From Spirochaetia bacterium (lineage in GTDB: Bacteria; Spirochaetota; Spirochaetia; SZUA-6; Bin103): a stretch of 64,000 nt of DNA. Shown in pieces: positions 8,682 through 19,485 of the stretch (the stretch's first letter is position 1; each line of letters begins with the position of its first letter). The position numbers were made by a program, and so were the translations under genes. The notes below the pieces were generated by a model, which had not been told where the DNA came from, ran no database searches, and saw only the letters and a list, made by a program, of their open reading frames with translations. The stretch spans positions 6,624,001-6,688,000 of the forward strand of contig CBDBDQ010000005.1 of NCBI GenBank assembly GCA_965203905.1, in the 5' to 3' direction.

Positions 8682-10475
8682 TCAATGCCCCATTTCTTGC
8701 TTCAGATCATGGTCAACCCAGAGACGGGCGAAGATCGGAAATTTCAGCGCTCCTATTCCGGCTTCGCCGTTATATCCTTTGATCCACGGCTGCGTGACAT
8801 GAAATAATGGGGTGTCGGGACCCCATATTACCCAGTGATTCCTGATCAGGTGCATGTCCATCTCTATAAGAATCTGTTTCTGTTCCTCATAGGTGCCAGC
8901 GGCCAAGGCTCTTTCGTACAAGCCGTCGTAAACCGGGTCGTTGCTCGCAACTGCGTTCCACGGACTCTCGGAGGAAAAAACGCCCACTGACAGTATTGGG
9001 TCAGCTACACCTGCAGCTCTCGTACCGGTCATGTCAAAATCTCTGGCTCCTATAGCCGCCACAGCTACCGGGCGGTCAACCACCTCGATCTCCATATCGA
9101 CTCCAATCTCACGCCAGTATGCAGCGACCAACTGGTCATAGCTTAGATCCGACTGCGCGGCGCTGCGCAGTAACGCGAACTTGAATCTGACGCCGTCGTC
9201 GCCACGAGGGTATCCGGCCTCATCAAGCAGCTCCTCTGCTCCCTCAGGATCATAGGTGTAGGCATCCTTGACCTCCTGAGGCCACTCTTCGAACGGGACG
9301 TAGAACCCGAGCACCGATGTCATCCCCATAGGTGTGGTACTTCCATAACCCTGAAAGTAGCTGTCGTTGATCGTCTCCAGGTCCATTGCCATCTGCATGG
9401 CGCGGCGCACCCGGATGTCGTCAAAGGGCGGCTTGCTTATGTGCGGGGTAAAGACGTTTTCGTTACCTTCCGAGAACGGCCAAATAATGAGTTCTGGACT
9501 TGTCTCCTTGAGCTTTTCGATCAGGTCGATAGACCGAACTTGGGAAGTTCCCGCCCAGCCTACGAAGTCAACCTGACCTGCGCGTAGTGCCGCCAGAAAT
9601 GTCGCTTCCTCCGGCATGATCGTCCACCTCAACTCATCAATGTAGGGCAAACGGTTCTCCGGGAACTTCTCGTCGTAGCCCCAGTAATCAGGATTCTTGC
9701 TATAGGCAAGTAAGCTACCCTCGACATAGTCATCCAGCACAAAGGGACCGGTACCTACCAGGTTCCTCCAATCCTCCATGTTGCCGTGTTCATCGATTAC
9801 CTCGGGGGGGTAGATAACCATACTATACCAGTCCGTGACAACGTTCACCGTACGGAGGTACGGTTGCTTCAGCCTGAACACAACGGTGTACTTGTCTGTG
9901 GCCGTTATCGACTCCCATTGGGGACTCCCGAGCTCACCTATTCCCGGGCTCGGTTCCGTGAAGCCGCTTCCCATACCCAACATGCGATGAAAATTATATT
10001 CGACATCCGCGGCGGTGAACTCCCTTCCGTTCATCGGGGGCTTGTCGTGCCACCGAACGCCTTGGCGGATATGGAAGGTATAGGCGAGGCCGTCGGTTGA
10101 AATCTCCCAGCTTTCGGCCAGCGAACCCTGTATCACGTGAATAGGCATCACGTAGCCGCCCTGAAAATGATACTCGTCCCTTGGCTTTGCCCAGTCCAAC
10201 TTGCCCAGCTTCTCTACCACGCCACCGACGGGTATATGCGCTATACCTGCAGTGTAGGTGTCAAACTGCCATGTCCAATCGAGCTTCATCACCCCGGTTA
10301 TGGTCCCGCCGTACTCCGGCGCGGTCACCATCTTGCCGGTGCTTGGGTCCAGCACCATTTCCTTTTCCGAGGCGGCTGCCGGCTGCTCTTCCGCGGCAGC
10401 GGCCCAGAGGCCGGTGGCGGCCAGAACCAGGACCAACGCAACCGCGAAGGTGGTGCCAATCTTTACCAGTGTCAT
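8682..10475 (-). CDS. dppA: ABC solute-binding protein family 5 (SBP2)
   Basis: 597 aa with signal peptide and family-5 motifs. Confidence 0.93.
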   Translation of the reverse strand: MTLVKIGTTFAVALVLVLAATGLWAAAAEEQPAAASEKEMVLDPSTGKMVTAPEYGGTITGVMKLDWTWQFDTYTAGIAHIPVGGVVEKLGKLDWAKPRDEYHFQGGYVMPIHVIQGSLAESWEISTDGLAYTFHIRQGVRWHDKPPMNGREFTAADVEYNFHRMLGMGSGFTEPSPGIGELGSPQWESITATDKYTVVFRLKQPYLRTVNVVTDWYSMVIYPPEVIDEHGNMEDWRNLVGTGPFVLDDYVEGSLLAYSKNPDYWGYDEKFPENRLPYIDELRWTIMPEEATFLAALRAGQVDFVGWAGTSQVRSIDLIEKLKETSPELIIWPFSEGNENVFTPHISKPPFDDIRVRRAMQMAMDLETINDSYFQGYGSTTPMGMTSVLGFYVPFEEWPQEVKDAYTYDPEGAEELLDEAGYPRGDDGVRFKFALLRSAAQSDLSYDQLVAAYWREIGVDMEIEVVDRPVAVAAIGARDFDMTGTRAAGVADPILSVGVFSSESPWNAVASNDPVYDGLYERALAAGTYEEQKQILIEMDMHLIRNHWVIWGPDTPLFHVTQPWIKGYNGEAGIGALKFPIFARLWVDHDLKQEMGH

Positions 10476-11200
10476 ACGTAACTCCGTATGTGGATTATCG
10501 AGAGTATTGCGCAGCGGACGCCCGCTCCCTGGCTACTCTCGCGCCCGCAACGCGGGTGGCCAGAAAGAGTCAATGGCCTGAAGCGCGCGACGTGCGACTC
10601 ACCGGGTTCACGTCGCGCGTGCGAGCGGTTCTTTGAGTATTACTTGCACCTCGTGTGGGCCGCGAACACCCGCAGGGGGGCCGCCGGCGACCCGCGATGC
10701 CCCGAAGTCATGCACCGTGGCGTGCGACGACACGGCAAAGCGTAGAAGGGGGAATGCGCGGCCAAGCGGTCCGGGAGTCACCGGACCGCGGAAATACGCG
10801 CCCTCCCGGGTGCGCCCCGGACGCTGCGTCGGGAGGGCGCGTCCAGTGCGTTTCAACGCACAGATCAACCAGTGCGACAGGACCGGACGCCGCGGTTCAG
10901 GCGGCGGGGATCCAGGACCGTTGCAGCGGCCACCGAACGAACGTGCCTTGAGCCGACGCCGAAGGTAGTCGGCCGCAATCCGGATGCGCAACGCGAAGGC
11001 CGCCGGGCGCTCCGCCGAAGCGGTTAAAGAATTATCATATAAAGAGTTGACTCGTGATGCGTGGGCCCGGGGGGGGGGGGGATGCACCGGCCGCATCGCT
11101 GCCATCCGGTTACTGGGCGGACGGTCCTGATGGCGTATGATCCTCATCCGTTTGCCCCTTGGGGTTTTCACTGTTTCACGCGCGCTTTGAGATGTCAAGC
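10476..11200 (-). promoter_or_regulatory. Conserved structured leader upstream of SBP2 (copy 1 of 3)
   Basis: Homologous to 23629-23763 + 28085-28569 and to 49668-50052; several hairpins; minus-strand TTGACA at the distal end. Confidence 0.6.
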
Positions 11201-11295
11201 TCGCGAACTCAACGGACTCAATCCGACTATCGTCCCCACGTGCACGGAGTGACCGTGAGTCGTGAGTCGGGAAATCGTAGTCGGCGGCAACGAGG

Positions 11296-12224
11296 TCAGA
11301 CCGGCATGGTTCGCTTGGTGTAGGCGCGTCCCGCGGCGGCGAAGTCCGGGCTCGGACAGGTGAACACTTGGCCGCCACGGTCGATCATGGTGGGGAGGTC
11401 GTCGATCACGTGGGTCTTATGGAAGGCGACGCCGTGCTCGCGGCACGCCGCCTCCACGCGCCGGTCGAGTTCTACCATCTCGTCCGACCAGGGGTTGGGC
11501 AGGCTGCGGTAGCCGAGCGAGAGGCTCATGTCGCCCGGTCCCATCTCCGCGTATCCGATACCCGGCACGGCCAGGATCTCTTCGATGTGCGGAATTGCGG
11601 CCTGCGACTCGATCTTGACCCCGAGCAGGAGTTCGCCGTCGGGGTTCAGCGGCCACGGGTCCGCCTTGGCGAGGTAGGTGTCGCGATCAACGCCCCAGAT
11701 GTGGGCGGCGCTGCGCTCCGACCCGACGCCGCGCATGCCCACCCCGAGCCCGGCGCCGAGCCGGTTGACCGGGTAGCGGCACGCCTCCACGAATGCCCGT
11801 ACCGCGTCCGCGGTGGTGGCCTGACACAGCATGATGCCGTGCGCGCCACGCCCCAGGATCTGCTGAAACTGCCACAGGTTGGCCCACACCACCTCGCGCG
11901 AGTAGCCGCCCACCGGCGCCTCCACGATGATCGGCGGCGTGCGGTGGCCGCTGGGCGTCGGGCCGCCGTCTACCAGGCCGCCCAGGTAGCGCTGCAGCCC
12001 GGCCAGGTCGTACGCCCCATGCTCGAACCCGACGTTGATGTAGTCGGCCCAGGTGGCGGCGTCGACGGTGCCCTGTTCGTGGGTCAGGACCGGGCTGTCG
12101 TGCGCGGTCAGGGTGCCGGAAGGCCGGCTGTCGGCGGTCCAGGGTGAGCCGGTGTGACCGCCGGTGTAGTAGATCGGTTGCCCTTGAGCCAGGAGTTCGA
12201 TGGCTCGGTGATGCGCTGTGCCAT
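11296..12224 (-). CDS. HpcH/HpaI aldolase/citrate lyase family protein
   Basis: INVGFEHG, GVKIES and GPGDMSLSLG motifs. Paralog of 61221-62165. True start likely MAQRINRAIEL at 12224, with a 1-nt deletion near 12210. Confidence 0.85.
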
Positions 12225-12310
12225 GCCGCGTCAAGTGTATCAGGTCGGCGGTGCCGGCGGGAGCGAATTCAGGCCGGCGCCCTCCGCACCGGCGGGCGCC
12301 GGCAGCAGGG

Positions 12311-12964
12311 CTACCGCCAGCGGTCGATGTGGACGATTTCCGTGGCCGGGGGCCGCGCGGCCGGGCGCCACTCGCCGCCGGTGGTATAGGCAACCGGCAG
12401 CAGGCACACCTGCAGCACGTCGTCGGGCAGGCCCAGCAATTCGGCAGCCTCGCGTTCGCCGCCCAGGTGCACGGTGGTCAGCACGGAGCCGAGGCCGCGC
12501 GCCCGCAGCGCGAGCTGAAACGACCACACCGCCGGCAAGATGGAGCCGTAGCGACCGGCGAGGTTGGCGTTGGTGGGGTGTTCCGGCCAGCGTCCGGTGA
12601 TGCAGGGGATGACGTGCACCGGCACGCGCGCGAGCCGCTCCATCAGGAACAGCGCCGAGGCGTACACGCGGCGCGTCTGTGCGGTGCCGGCGTTCGCCAA
12701 GCCCTGACGCAAAGCGCGCTCCCCGGCGCGGCGGTAGATACCGGCGAGCGCGGCTCGGGTGGCGGCGTCCTCCACCACGATCCAGCGCCAGCCCTGGGCG
12801 TTGCCGCCGGTCGGCGCCTGCTGCGCCTGTCGAATGCAGTCGAGAATCACGTCCCGCTGGACCGGCCGGTCGTAGTCGAGCCGGCGGCGTACGGCGCGTG
12901 TGGTGGTCAGCAGGTCCTCCACGACCTGGAGATCGAGTGTGTTGGGCGCAGCAGCCACGGTCAC
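12311..12964 (-). CDS. Nitroreductase family protein
   Basis: TTRAVRRRL...QAPTGGNAQGWRWIVV...LALRARGLGS motifs. Confidence 0.9.
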   Translation of the reverse strand: MTVAAAPNTLDLQVVEDLLTTTRAVRRRLDYDRPVQRDVILDCIRQAQQAPTGGNAQGWRWIVVEDAATRAALAGIYRRAGERALRQGLANAGTAQTRRVYASALFLMERLARVPVHVIPCITGRWPEHPTNANLAGRYGSILPAVWSFQLALRARGLGSVLTTVHLGGEREAAELLGLPDDVLQVCLLPVAYTTGGEWRPAARPPATEIVHIDRWR

Positions 12965-13179
12965 TTCCGATAGCCGCAGCCCAATTCGCTGTTGGGGTAG
13001 CTTGCCATAGGAGGCAGTCTACGGACTCCGGGCGGCACGCGCCACGCCACGGCCCGCGCCGTGCAGCCTGCCGCCGGCGCGTTGAAGCGCCAGCGCCCAG
13101 CGGCCCCTTCGGCGGCCTGCTCCACGCTCAACCCCAGGGGCGCGGCCAGCCGCCCTGGTGCGCGCCAGCCATTCCACCA

Positions 13180-14083
13180 AAGTCAAGGACCGCCGCGACT
13201 GTTCGGCGGCGCTGGCGATGCCGGGCGGCGAGATCGGAGGTGGGGACGCCATTGCACCTGGGCGTGATGCCGGGGGTGATCCGCGCCATTCTCGCGAGCT
13301 ACCCGGTGGCGCAGATGCAGCCTGGCGACGTGTACGGCACGAATCTGCCCTACCCGGAGGGGCCGGGCCATCTGCCCGACCTGTCGCTGGTGTCTCCCAT
13401 CTTTCACGACGAACAGCCGATCGCGCTGGCCGCCTCCACCGCCCACCACGTCGACATGGGCGCTACGCACCCGGCAGCATGCCGTGCGTTGCCGGACGGC
13501 ACCTACCAGTTCGAGAACTGTCTGGACGACGACGGCGTGACCGACGAGCCGGTCAAGATCGCGGTGGCGATCCGCGTCGCCGGCGACGAGCTGACCGCGG
13601 ACTTTGCCGGCAGCAGCCGCCAGGTGCTCGGCCCACTCAACGCGCGGATCAGCGCCGCCCAGGCCGCGGTGTACTACACCTGCAAGGCGGTGATCGACCC
13701 CGACCTGCCCACCTGCGCCGGATCCTACCGTCCGATTCACGTGCACGCCCCCGAGGGCAGCATCCTGCAGGCGTCCTACCCGGCCGCGATCGGCCAGGCC
13801 AACATCCTCACCGATCAGCGCGTGCTGGACGTGCTGGTGGGCGCGCTGGCGCAGTGCGTGCCGGAGCGGGTGTGCGCCGCCTGCAGCGGCGAGATGAACC
13901 TGATCAACATCGGCGGCATCGACAGCCGCCCGGCCCGACCGAGGGGATCTACTACAACTACGTGGAGACCTATGCCGGGGGCCAGGGTGCCTCCCGCGAC
14001 CTGGACGGCGACGACGGCGTGCACACCCACTTGACCAACACGCGCAACGCCGCCGTGGAGGTGATCGAGAGCACCTACCCGCT
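13180..14083 (+). pseudogene. Hydantoinase B/5-oxoprolinase remnant with internal deletion
   Basis: DCSAAL, PLHLG, GHLPD, HHVDMG and THLTNTRN segments in different frames; middle and end are missing. Confidence 0.8.
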
Positions 14084-14392
14084 TTACTCGCTGCTTTTTG
14101 GCAGCTTGAGCAGTCGCTCGCTGCGCCACACGCGGACCACTTGGACGTGGGCCTCGGCCCGCCGAGAGACAATGCGAAACGGTGGATGGATGAGTTCCCG
14201 AAGGGAGGGCTGATCGAACTCGGGCACGACTCGTCCGCTGTCGGGAAGATCGCCAAGCGTTTCGACTCGGGCCAGGATCTCCGCTACGATCCGGCTTCCG
14301 ACGTGCGGGATATCCTGGCTCTCATACCAGCCCACCAGATCCTGGAGATCGGCAAGGGCGGATTCCGAGAAGCGGATCAGTGTGTCAGGCAC
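14084..14392 (-). CDS. RelE/ParE family toxin
   Basis: IRFSESALADL...LPDSGRVVPE...LRELIHPPFRIV. Confidence 0.88.
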   Translation of the reverse strand: MPDTLIRFSESALADLQDLVGWYESQDIPHVGSRIVAEILARVETLGDLPDSGRVVPEFDQPSLRELIHPPFRIVSRRAEAHVQVVRVWRSERLLKLPKSSE

Positions 14393-14396
14393 CCGG

Positions 14397-14666
14397 TTAC
14401 CCGAGTCCGAGGCGCTCCTTCACCTCTGCCAGGGACCACTGTCGGCCGGCTTCCAGATCTGCAAGCCCGGCTACCACGGCCCGCATGAAATCTCGCTCAT
14501 CCTCGGCTGCCTCGAAGTCGGCCACCGACTGAACGACGGCTACGCCGCGGCCGCGGCTGGTCAGCAACACCGGCCGGTGCGCCTCTGACGCATGCCTGAC
14601 CACCCGCCCCGGATTCACCTTCAAGTCGGTGAGGGGGACGACATCTTCCGAGAACTTGATGCCCAT
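14397..14666 (-). CDS. Phd/YefM family antitoxin
   Basis: VVPLTDLKVNPGRVV...PVLLTSRGRGVAVV. Confidence 0.88.
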   Translation of the reverse strand: MGIKFSEDVVPLTDLKVNPGRVVRHASEAHRPVLLTSRGRGVAVVQSVADFEAAEDERDFMRAVVAGLADLEAGRQWSLAEVKERLGLG

Positions 14667-14971
14667 GACCGTCGATCCTTGTAGTCCATCCTCCAAAGAT
14701 GGTCCGACAATAGCACCACATAAGAGGTCCTGTCGACGTCCTCGTCGGCAAGGACGTGCGGCGGGGGCTCCGCAGACGCGCGCGTGGCGCATGTGGGGGG
14801 GCAGGCTGACGCTGTGGCGCGGCGAGGCCGAACGGAGCTACACCAGAACGAGACGGGACCGTCGAACAGTGCGCGGAGTGAGCATCGCCACCCGCACCGT
14901 CTCGTTCACGCCCAGCGCGGCTGCCCAGCGCGCGGCTGCCCGCCTCACAACCGCCCGGTCAGCGGGCTGCT

Positions 14972-15847
14972 CTACAGCGACGCACCGCGATCGGCGCCAA
15001 GACGGCCGCCACCGCCGCGCAGCCGCGGGTCGAGCAGGTCGCGCACCGCGTCGCCGAACATGTTCAGGCAGTATACGACAACCGTCAGGCACAACCCCGG
15101 CCACAGCGCCAGCCGCGGCGCCACCTCCATGAACTCGCGCCCTTCCCGGCTCAGCATCCCGCCCCAGCTCGGCACCGAGATCGGCAGTCCGAACCCCAGG
15201 AAGCTCAGCGCAGCCTCGCTGATGATCACGCCGCCCACGTTGATCGTGAAAATGATGATCACCGGGGCGGCGATGTTGGGCAGGACGTGGTGGATGAGGG
15301 TTCTCCACCGGGTGCCGCCGATCGCCTCGGCCGCCTGAAAGTAGGCATTCTCCTTGACGCCAATCACCGCGCCGCGGACCACTCGCGAACCGCCGATGCC
15401 GCCCGTCACCCCCAGCACCACGATGATCTGCGGCAACCCCCGCCCCACCAGCGACATGATGGTGAGCAACAGCAGCAACCCCGGGAACGCCATCCAGGCG
15501 TCGACGAAGCGCTGCATCGCCAGGTCGAGTCGACCGCCGAAGAACCCCGAGATGCCGCCGATCAGCACCGCCACCACGACGTTGACGGTGGTCGCCGCCA
15601 GACCGACGGTCAGCGAAATCCGGGCCCCAAAAAGAAGGCGGCTCAGCAGGTCGCGCCCCAGTTGGTCGGTCCCCAACAAGTACCGGTTGGACGGGGCCTG
15701 CATCCGATCGACGATGTTGACTTCATCATGCGGGTAAGGCGCCAGCACATCGGCAAAGATCGCCACCAGCATCAACAGCAGGATGACCACCCCGGCGATG
15801 ATGCTCAGTGGCTTCTCCTTGACCAGCCTGCGAAAGAACTCAGTCAT
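14972..15847 (-). CDS. dppC: DppC-like permease
   Basis: 291 aa; LGTDQLGRD, EAALSFLGFG and GDAVRDLLDPR motifs. Confidence 0.94.
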   Translation of the reverse strand: MTEFFRRLVKEKPLSIIAGVVILLLMLVAIFADVLAPYPHDEVNIVDRMQAPSNRYLLGTDQLGRDLLSRLLFGARISLTVGLAATTVNVVVAVLIGGISGFFGGRLDLAMQRFVDAWMAFPGLLLLLTIMSLVGRGLPQIIVVLGVTGGIGGSRVVRGAVIGVKENAYFQAAEAIGGTRWRTLIHHVLPNIAAPVIIIFTINVGGVIISEAALSFLGFGLPISVPSWGGMLSREGREFMEVAPRLALWPGLCLTVVVYCLNMFGDAVRDLLDPRLRGGGGRLGADRGASL

Positions 15848-16841
15848 AGCGGACCCTGGGGTCCAGGACCGCGTAGACCAGGTCGATGAACAGGTTGATC
15901 AGCACCACCCGGGTGGCGAAGAACAGGTTGATGCCGGAGACCATCGGATAATCCCGGTCATTGAGGGCATTCAGCAGGAGGCGCCCGAGCCCCGGCAGGT
16001 TGAAGATGTTCTCCATGATCACGGCGCCCCCGACCAGAATCGGCAACTGCAGGCCGATCAGGGACACCACCGGGATGAGGGCGTTCTTGACGGCGTGCCG
16101 GACCACCACCGCCCGCTCCCGCAAGCCCTTCGACCAGGCCGTCCTGATGAAATCCTGCCGCAGCACCTCCAGCATCATGGTGCGGGTCATCCGCATGGTG
16201 GCGGCCGCCGCGGCCGTGCCCAGGATCAGGCTGGGGACGAGGAACACCGCCAGATTCCCCAGCGGGTCTTTCGTGAACGAAATCAGCTCCAGCGGCGGTG
16301 CCCAGCCCCACCAGATGGCCGGGTAGATCATCACCATGATTCCCAGCCAGAAGTTCGGCGTGGCCAGGCCGACGATGGCGACCGAGCGCCCCAGGAAGTC
16401 GGCGACGGTATCCTGGCGAATCGCCGAGTAGATGCCCACCGGCAACGCGATCACCATCCCGATGAGGATTGCCATCAAACCAAGCTCGATGGTTACCGGC
16501 AGTCTATCTACTATCTTCTGCTCTACCGCCAAACCGCCATACAGTGATTCGCCCAGGGTGCCCTGGAGGAGACCCTTGAAGTGGGACTCATCGGTAACCC
16601 GGTCAGGGGTCGGCAACACTCCAATCCAGCGTCCGTACTGCACCCAGACAGGCACATCCAATCCCAGCCGACGCTCGAGCGCCGCACGGTCAATCCCCCC
16701 CGTTACGTAGATCTGCACCCGAGCCTCCAATACGTCTATGACATCGCCGGGGATGAAGCGGACCGAGAGAAAGACCAGGATGCTCAAGATAAACAGGGTG
16801 GGGACGACCAGCAGCAGCCGCCGGATGATGTAGGCTCTCAT
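15840..16841 (-). CDS. dppB: DppB-like permease
   Basis: MRAYIIRR start at 16841; carries a short insertion (VLPTPDRVTDESHFK) shared with the copy at 1-485. Confidence 0.93.
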   Translation of the reverse strand: MRAYIIRRLLLVVPTLFILSILVFLSVRFIPGDVIDVLEARVQIYVTGGIDRAALERRLGLDVPVWVQYGRWIGVLPTPDRVTDESHFKGLLQGTLGESLYGGLAVEQKIVDRLPVTIELGLMAILIGMVIALPVGIYSAIRQDTVADFLGRSVAIVGLATPNFWLGIMVMIYPAIWWGWAPPLELISFTKDPLGNLAVFLVPSLILGTAAAAATMRMTRTMMLEVLRQDFIRTAWSKGLRERAVVVRHAVKNALIPVVSLIGLQLPILVGGAVIMENIFNLPGLGRLLLNALNDRDYPMVSGINLFFATRVVLINLFIDLVYAVLDPRVRYD

Positions 16842-16960
16842 GTCTTCGTAGTAAATGGGCGCCGGGAAGATCGAGGCTCCCGGCACCCTTCTCTGCAGGC
16901 AGAACGAGCGCGAAACGCCCGCGGACCCCGCTGCCAGGCGTGGTCCGCGAACCCGTTGGC

Positions 16961-18741
16961 TCAGAATCCCATTTCTTTCTTCAGCGCACTATCAATCCAG
17001 AGGCGGGAGAAGATCACTTCCTCCCCCCCGCTTAATATCATTTCACCGTTGTAGCCTATGAGCCATGGCTGGTTCACCGAAAACTGTGGAAGCAACGGAC
17101 CATATATCGTCCAATATTGCTCCAATGCGTACATGACCAAGTCTGGCACCAGCCTGTCCCGCTCCTCGATGGTGGTCGCGGCTGCGGCTGCGGCATGCAT
17201 GGCGTCATAAGTCGGGTCGCTGACGTTGCTATTTACACCATCCGTGGTAAACCCACCCATGATTGACACCGCCCACTGCATGGAAACAGCATACGCCGTA
17301 TCGTTACTGGTCATTTCGTATTCCTGAGCTGTTCTTCTGGGGCCCCATGCAGCTGCTGGCGTTACTTCAATCTCCACGTCTACGCCAATCTTATCCCAGT
17401 ATGAAGCGGCTAATTCCGCATAGTTTAGATCGAAGCGCTCGAGATGCATCAACTTAGTCTTGAATCTAGTTCCGTCCGCGCCGCGAGGATACCCAGCCGC
17501 ATCAAGCAACGCTTCGGCCCCTTCCGGGTTATACGTGCGGGCCTTCCGGAGCTCTTCGGGCCACTCTTCGAATGGGATGGACCCACCTTTCATGAAACGG
17601 CCCAGTCGCCCTTGAGGTATCGGGTCTCCAAAACCCTTGAAGTACGAATTGTTGATTGTCTCGAAGTCCAGTGCCATGTTCATTGCCTTGCGCACCCTGA
17701 TGTCGTCAAAGGGTTCTATCTGAGTGTTCATGGCAAAACCATTATCCGACCGAAACCGTACCGGCCATAATTCGACTTCGGGATTGGTCCGCTGGATGCT
17801 CTCTACCTGCTCGACAGTCCTGAGTTGAGCTACCCCGGCCACACCGACGTAATCAACCTTGCCCGTGCGCATTGCCGCCAGTTGTGTTGCCACTTCGGGC
17901 ATAATCAGAGCCCTTAACGTGTCAACATACGGCAAGCGGTTCTCCGGGTATTTTTCGTCGTAGCCCCAGTAGCCAGGATTCTTGCTATAGGTGATAGAGC
18001 TGCCCTCGGTCCAGTCAGTCAGCTCAAAAGGACCGGTGCCGACTAGGTTCCTCCAATCCGTTACATCCCCGTGTTCCTCGATCACCTCGGGGGGGTACAT
18101 GACAGCAAGGGAGTCGTCGAGGATAACCATCAGCGTAAGGAGATTTGGCTCCTTCAGCTTGAAAACAACGGTCGATTTGTCGGTGGCCGTTATGGATTCG
18201 AATGACACCCTGGTCAAGAGACTATAAGCGGCGCTGGGTTCGGTGAAGCCGCTGCCCAGACCCAGAGTACGGTGAAAGTTGTATACGATATCGTCGGCAG
18301 TCAGCTCCCGACCGTTCATTGGTGCCTTTTCGTGCCAGTGAACGCCCTGGCGGACTTTGACGATAACGGTTTTGTCGTCGGGCATTTCCCAGCTTTCCGC
18401 CAGAGCCCCCCTCGTGTAATTTGGAGCGGCCATAGTCGGGAAGCTATATTCGTCCCTGGGCGTTGCCCAGTCGCCGATGCCTAACTTCTCTACGACCAGG
18501 CCCGCGGCCACCACACCCCCACTCAAATGTTTGTCAGTATGCGAAGGCGATTCTTTCTTGACGTAGGTTATGGTCCCGCCATACTCCGGCGCGGTCACCA
18601 TCTTGCCGGTGGTCGGGTCGGTCACCATTTCCTTCTCCATCGCCGCGGCCGGCTCCTCCTCCGAGGCAGCCGCCCAGAGGCCGGTGGCGGTCAGTGCGAG
18701 GCCACACAGCACGGCGAGCGAATGCGCATTACGAAATGCAT
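16961..18741 (-). CDS. dppA: ABC solute-binding protein family 5 (SBP3)
   Basis: Family-5 motifs; AGGAG + ATG at 18741 is one base out of frame with the ORF, likely a 1-nt deletion. Confidence 0.9.
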
Positions 18742-18884
18742 CAGATAACTCCTGTTGCTCAAGAGTACTGAATCGACTGCCGGCCCCTCGCCTACTCTCG
18801 AGTTATGCCTGCTTCAACGCCGGCGAGCACAAGCGAGGGCGACAGCGCGGGTCCCCAGGCGGTACGGCGCTTGGAGACGAGCCG

Positions 18885-18940
18885 GGTTTAGTCGTAACCG
18901 GTCTTGGGTGCCATCCCATCCTCCTTTGACGTGCGCGCAC
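18885..18940 (-). repeat. 56 bp repeat (copy at 34899-34954) with SD and 8-codon ORF
   Basis: AAGGAGG followed by ATG GCA CCC AAG ACC GGT TAC GAC TAA in both copies. Confidence 0.8.
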
Positions 18941-19283
18941 CACCGGCCGTTCGGATCGCGTCGGGACCTGCGTCCCAGCGTCCACGCGGCTGGCGAGGCG
19001 AGTTGGATTGGCCGGCGACGCCGACGGTGGAGTTGACGAGTGGTTGATGAGGCCCGTGCGCCGGTCTCGGCGCTGGGCGGACACCGCGCGAGGCGTCGGG
19101 TCGGTTAGCCGTGTTGGGGGGAGGAGGGGGGGTACGGCTATGGACGGGACGTTCGTGACGTACATAGCACTCTCGGAAACAGGAGAGCACGGAACGAGGA
19201 TAATGTCAACAAGCATTCTTGCCGCCGTGTCGGCGGCGTTTGCAATACAATGTGCTCGACCAACGGACAGGAGGCTACGTCAC

Positions 19284-19474
19284 GTGCCCAAATTTGTGTT
19301 CATGCCGCCGCAGGACGATGATCGACGGCTGTTTGCCGCCCGCCTGGCGGAGACCGTTCCCGAGTACGACGTAGCCTCGCCCGAGACGGACGATGAGGCG
19401 CTTGAGGCGGTCCGCGACGCCGACGCGGGCCGTCGACATGCAGCGCGGCCTCACCTACAACCCCGCCCACGACG
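19284..19474 (+). pseudogene. Dehydrogenase-like 5' fragment fused to an aspartic protease 3' fragment
   Basis: GGAGG + VPKFVFMPP...AVRDADA, resembling a D-2-hydroxyacid dehydrogenase N-terminus; 19429-19474 is identical to 41925-41970. Confidence 0.65.
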
Positions 19475-19485
19475 AACGTCTTTCT

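Noticed and set aside
10608-11378. ORFs within the SBP leader regions
   Set aside because: Frames are not conserved between the three leader copies, and no protein motifs are recognisable.
14880-14975. Integron attC sites
   Set aside because: No RYYYAAC/GTTRRRY pair and no IntI. The only tyrosine recombinase is a truncated RIT-like remnant.
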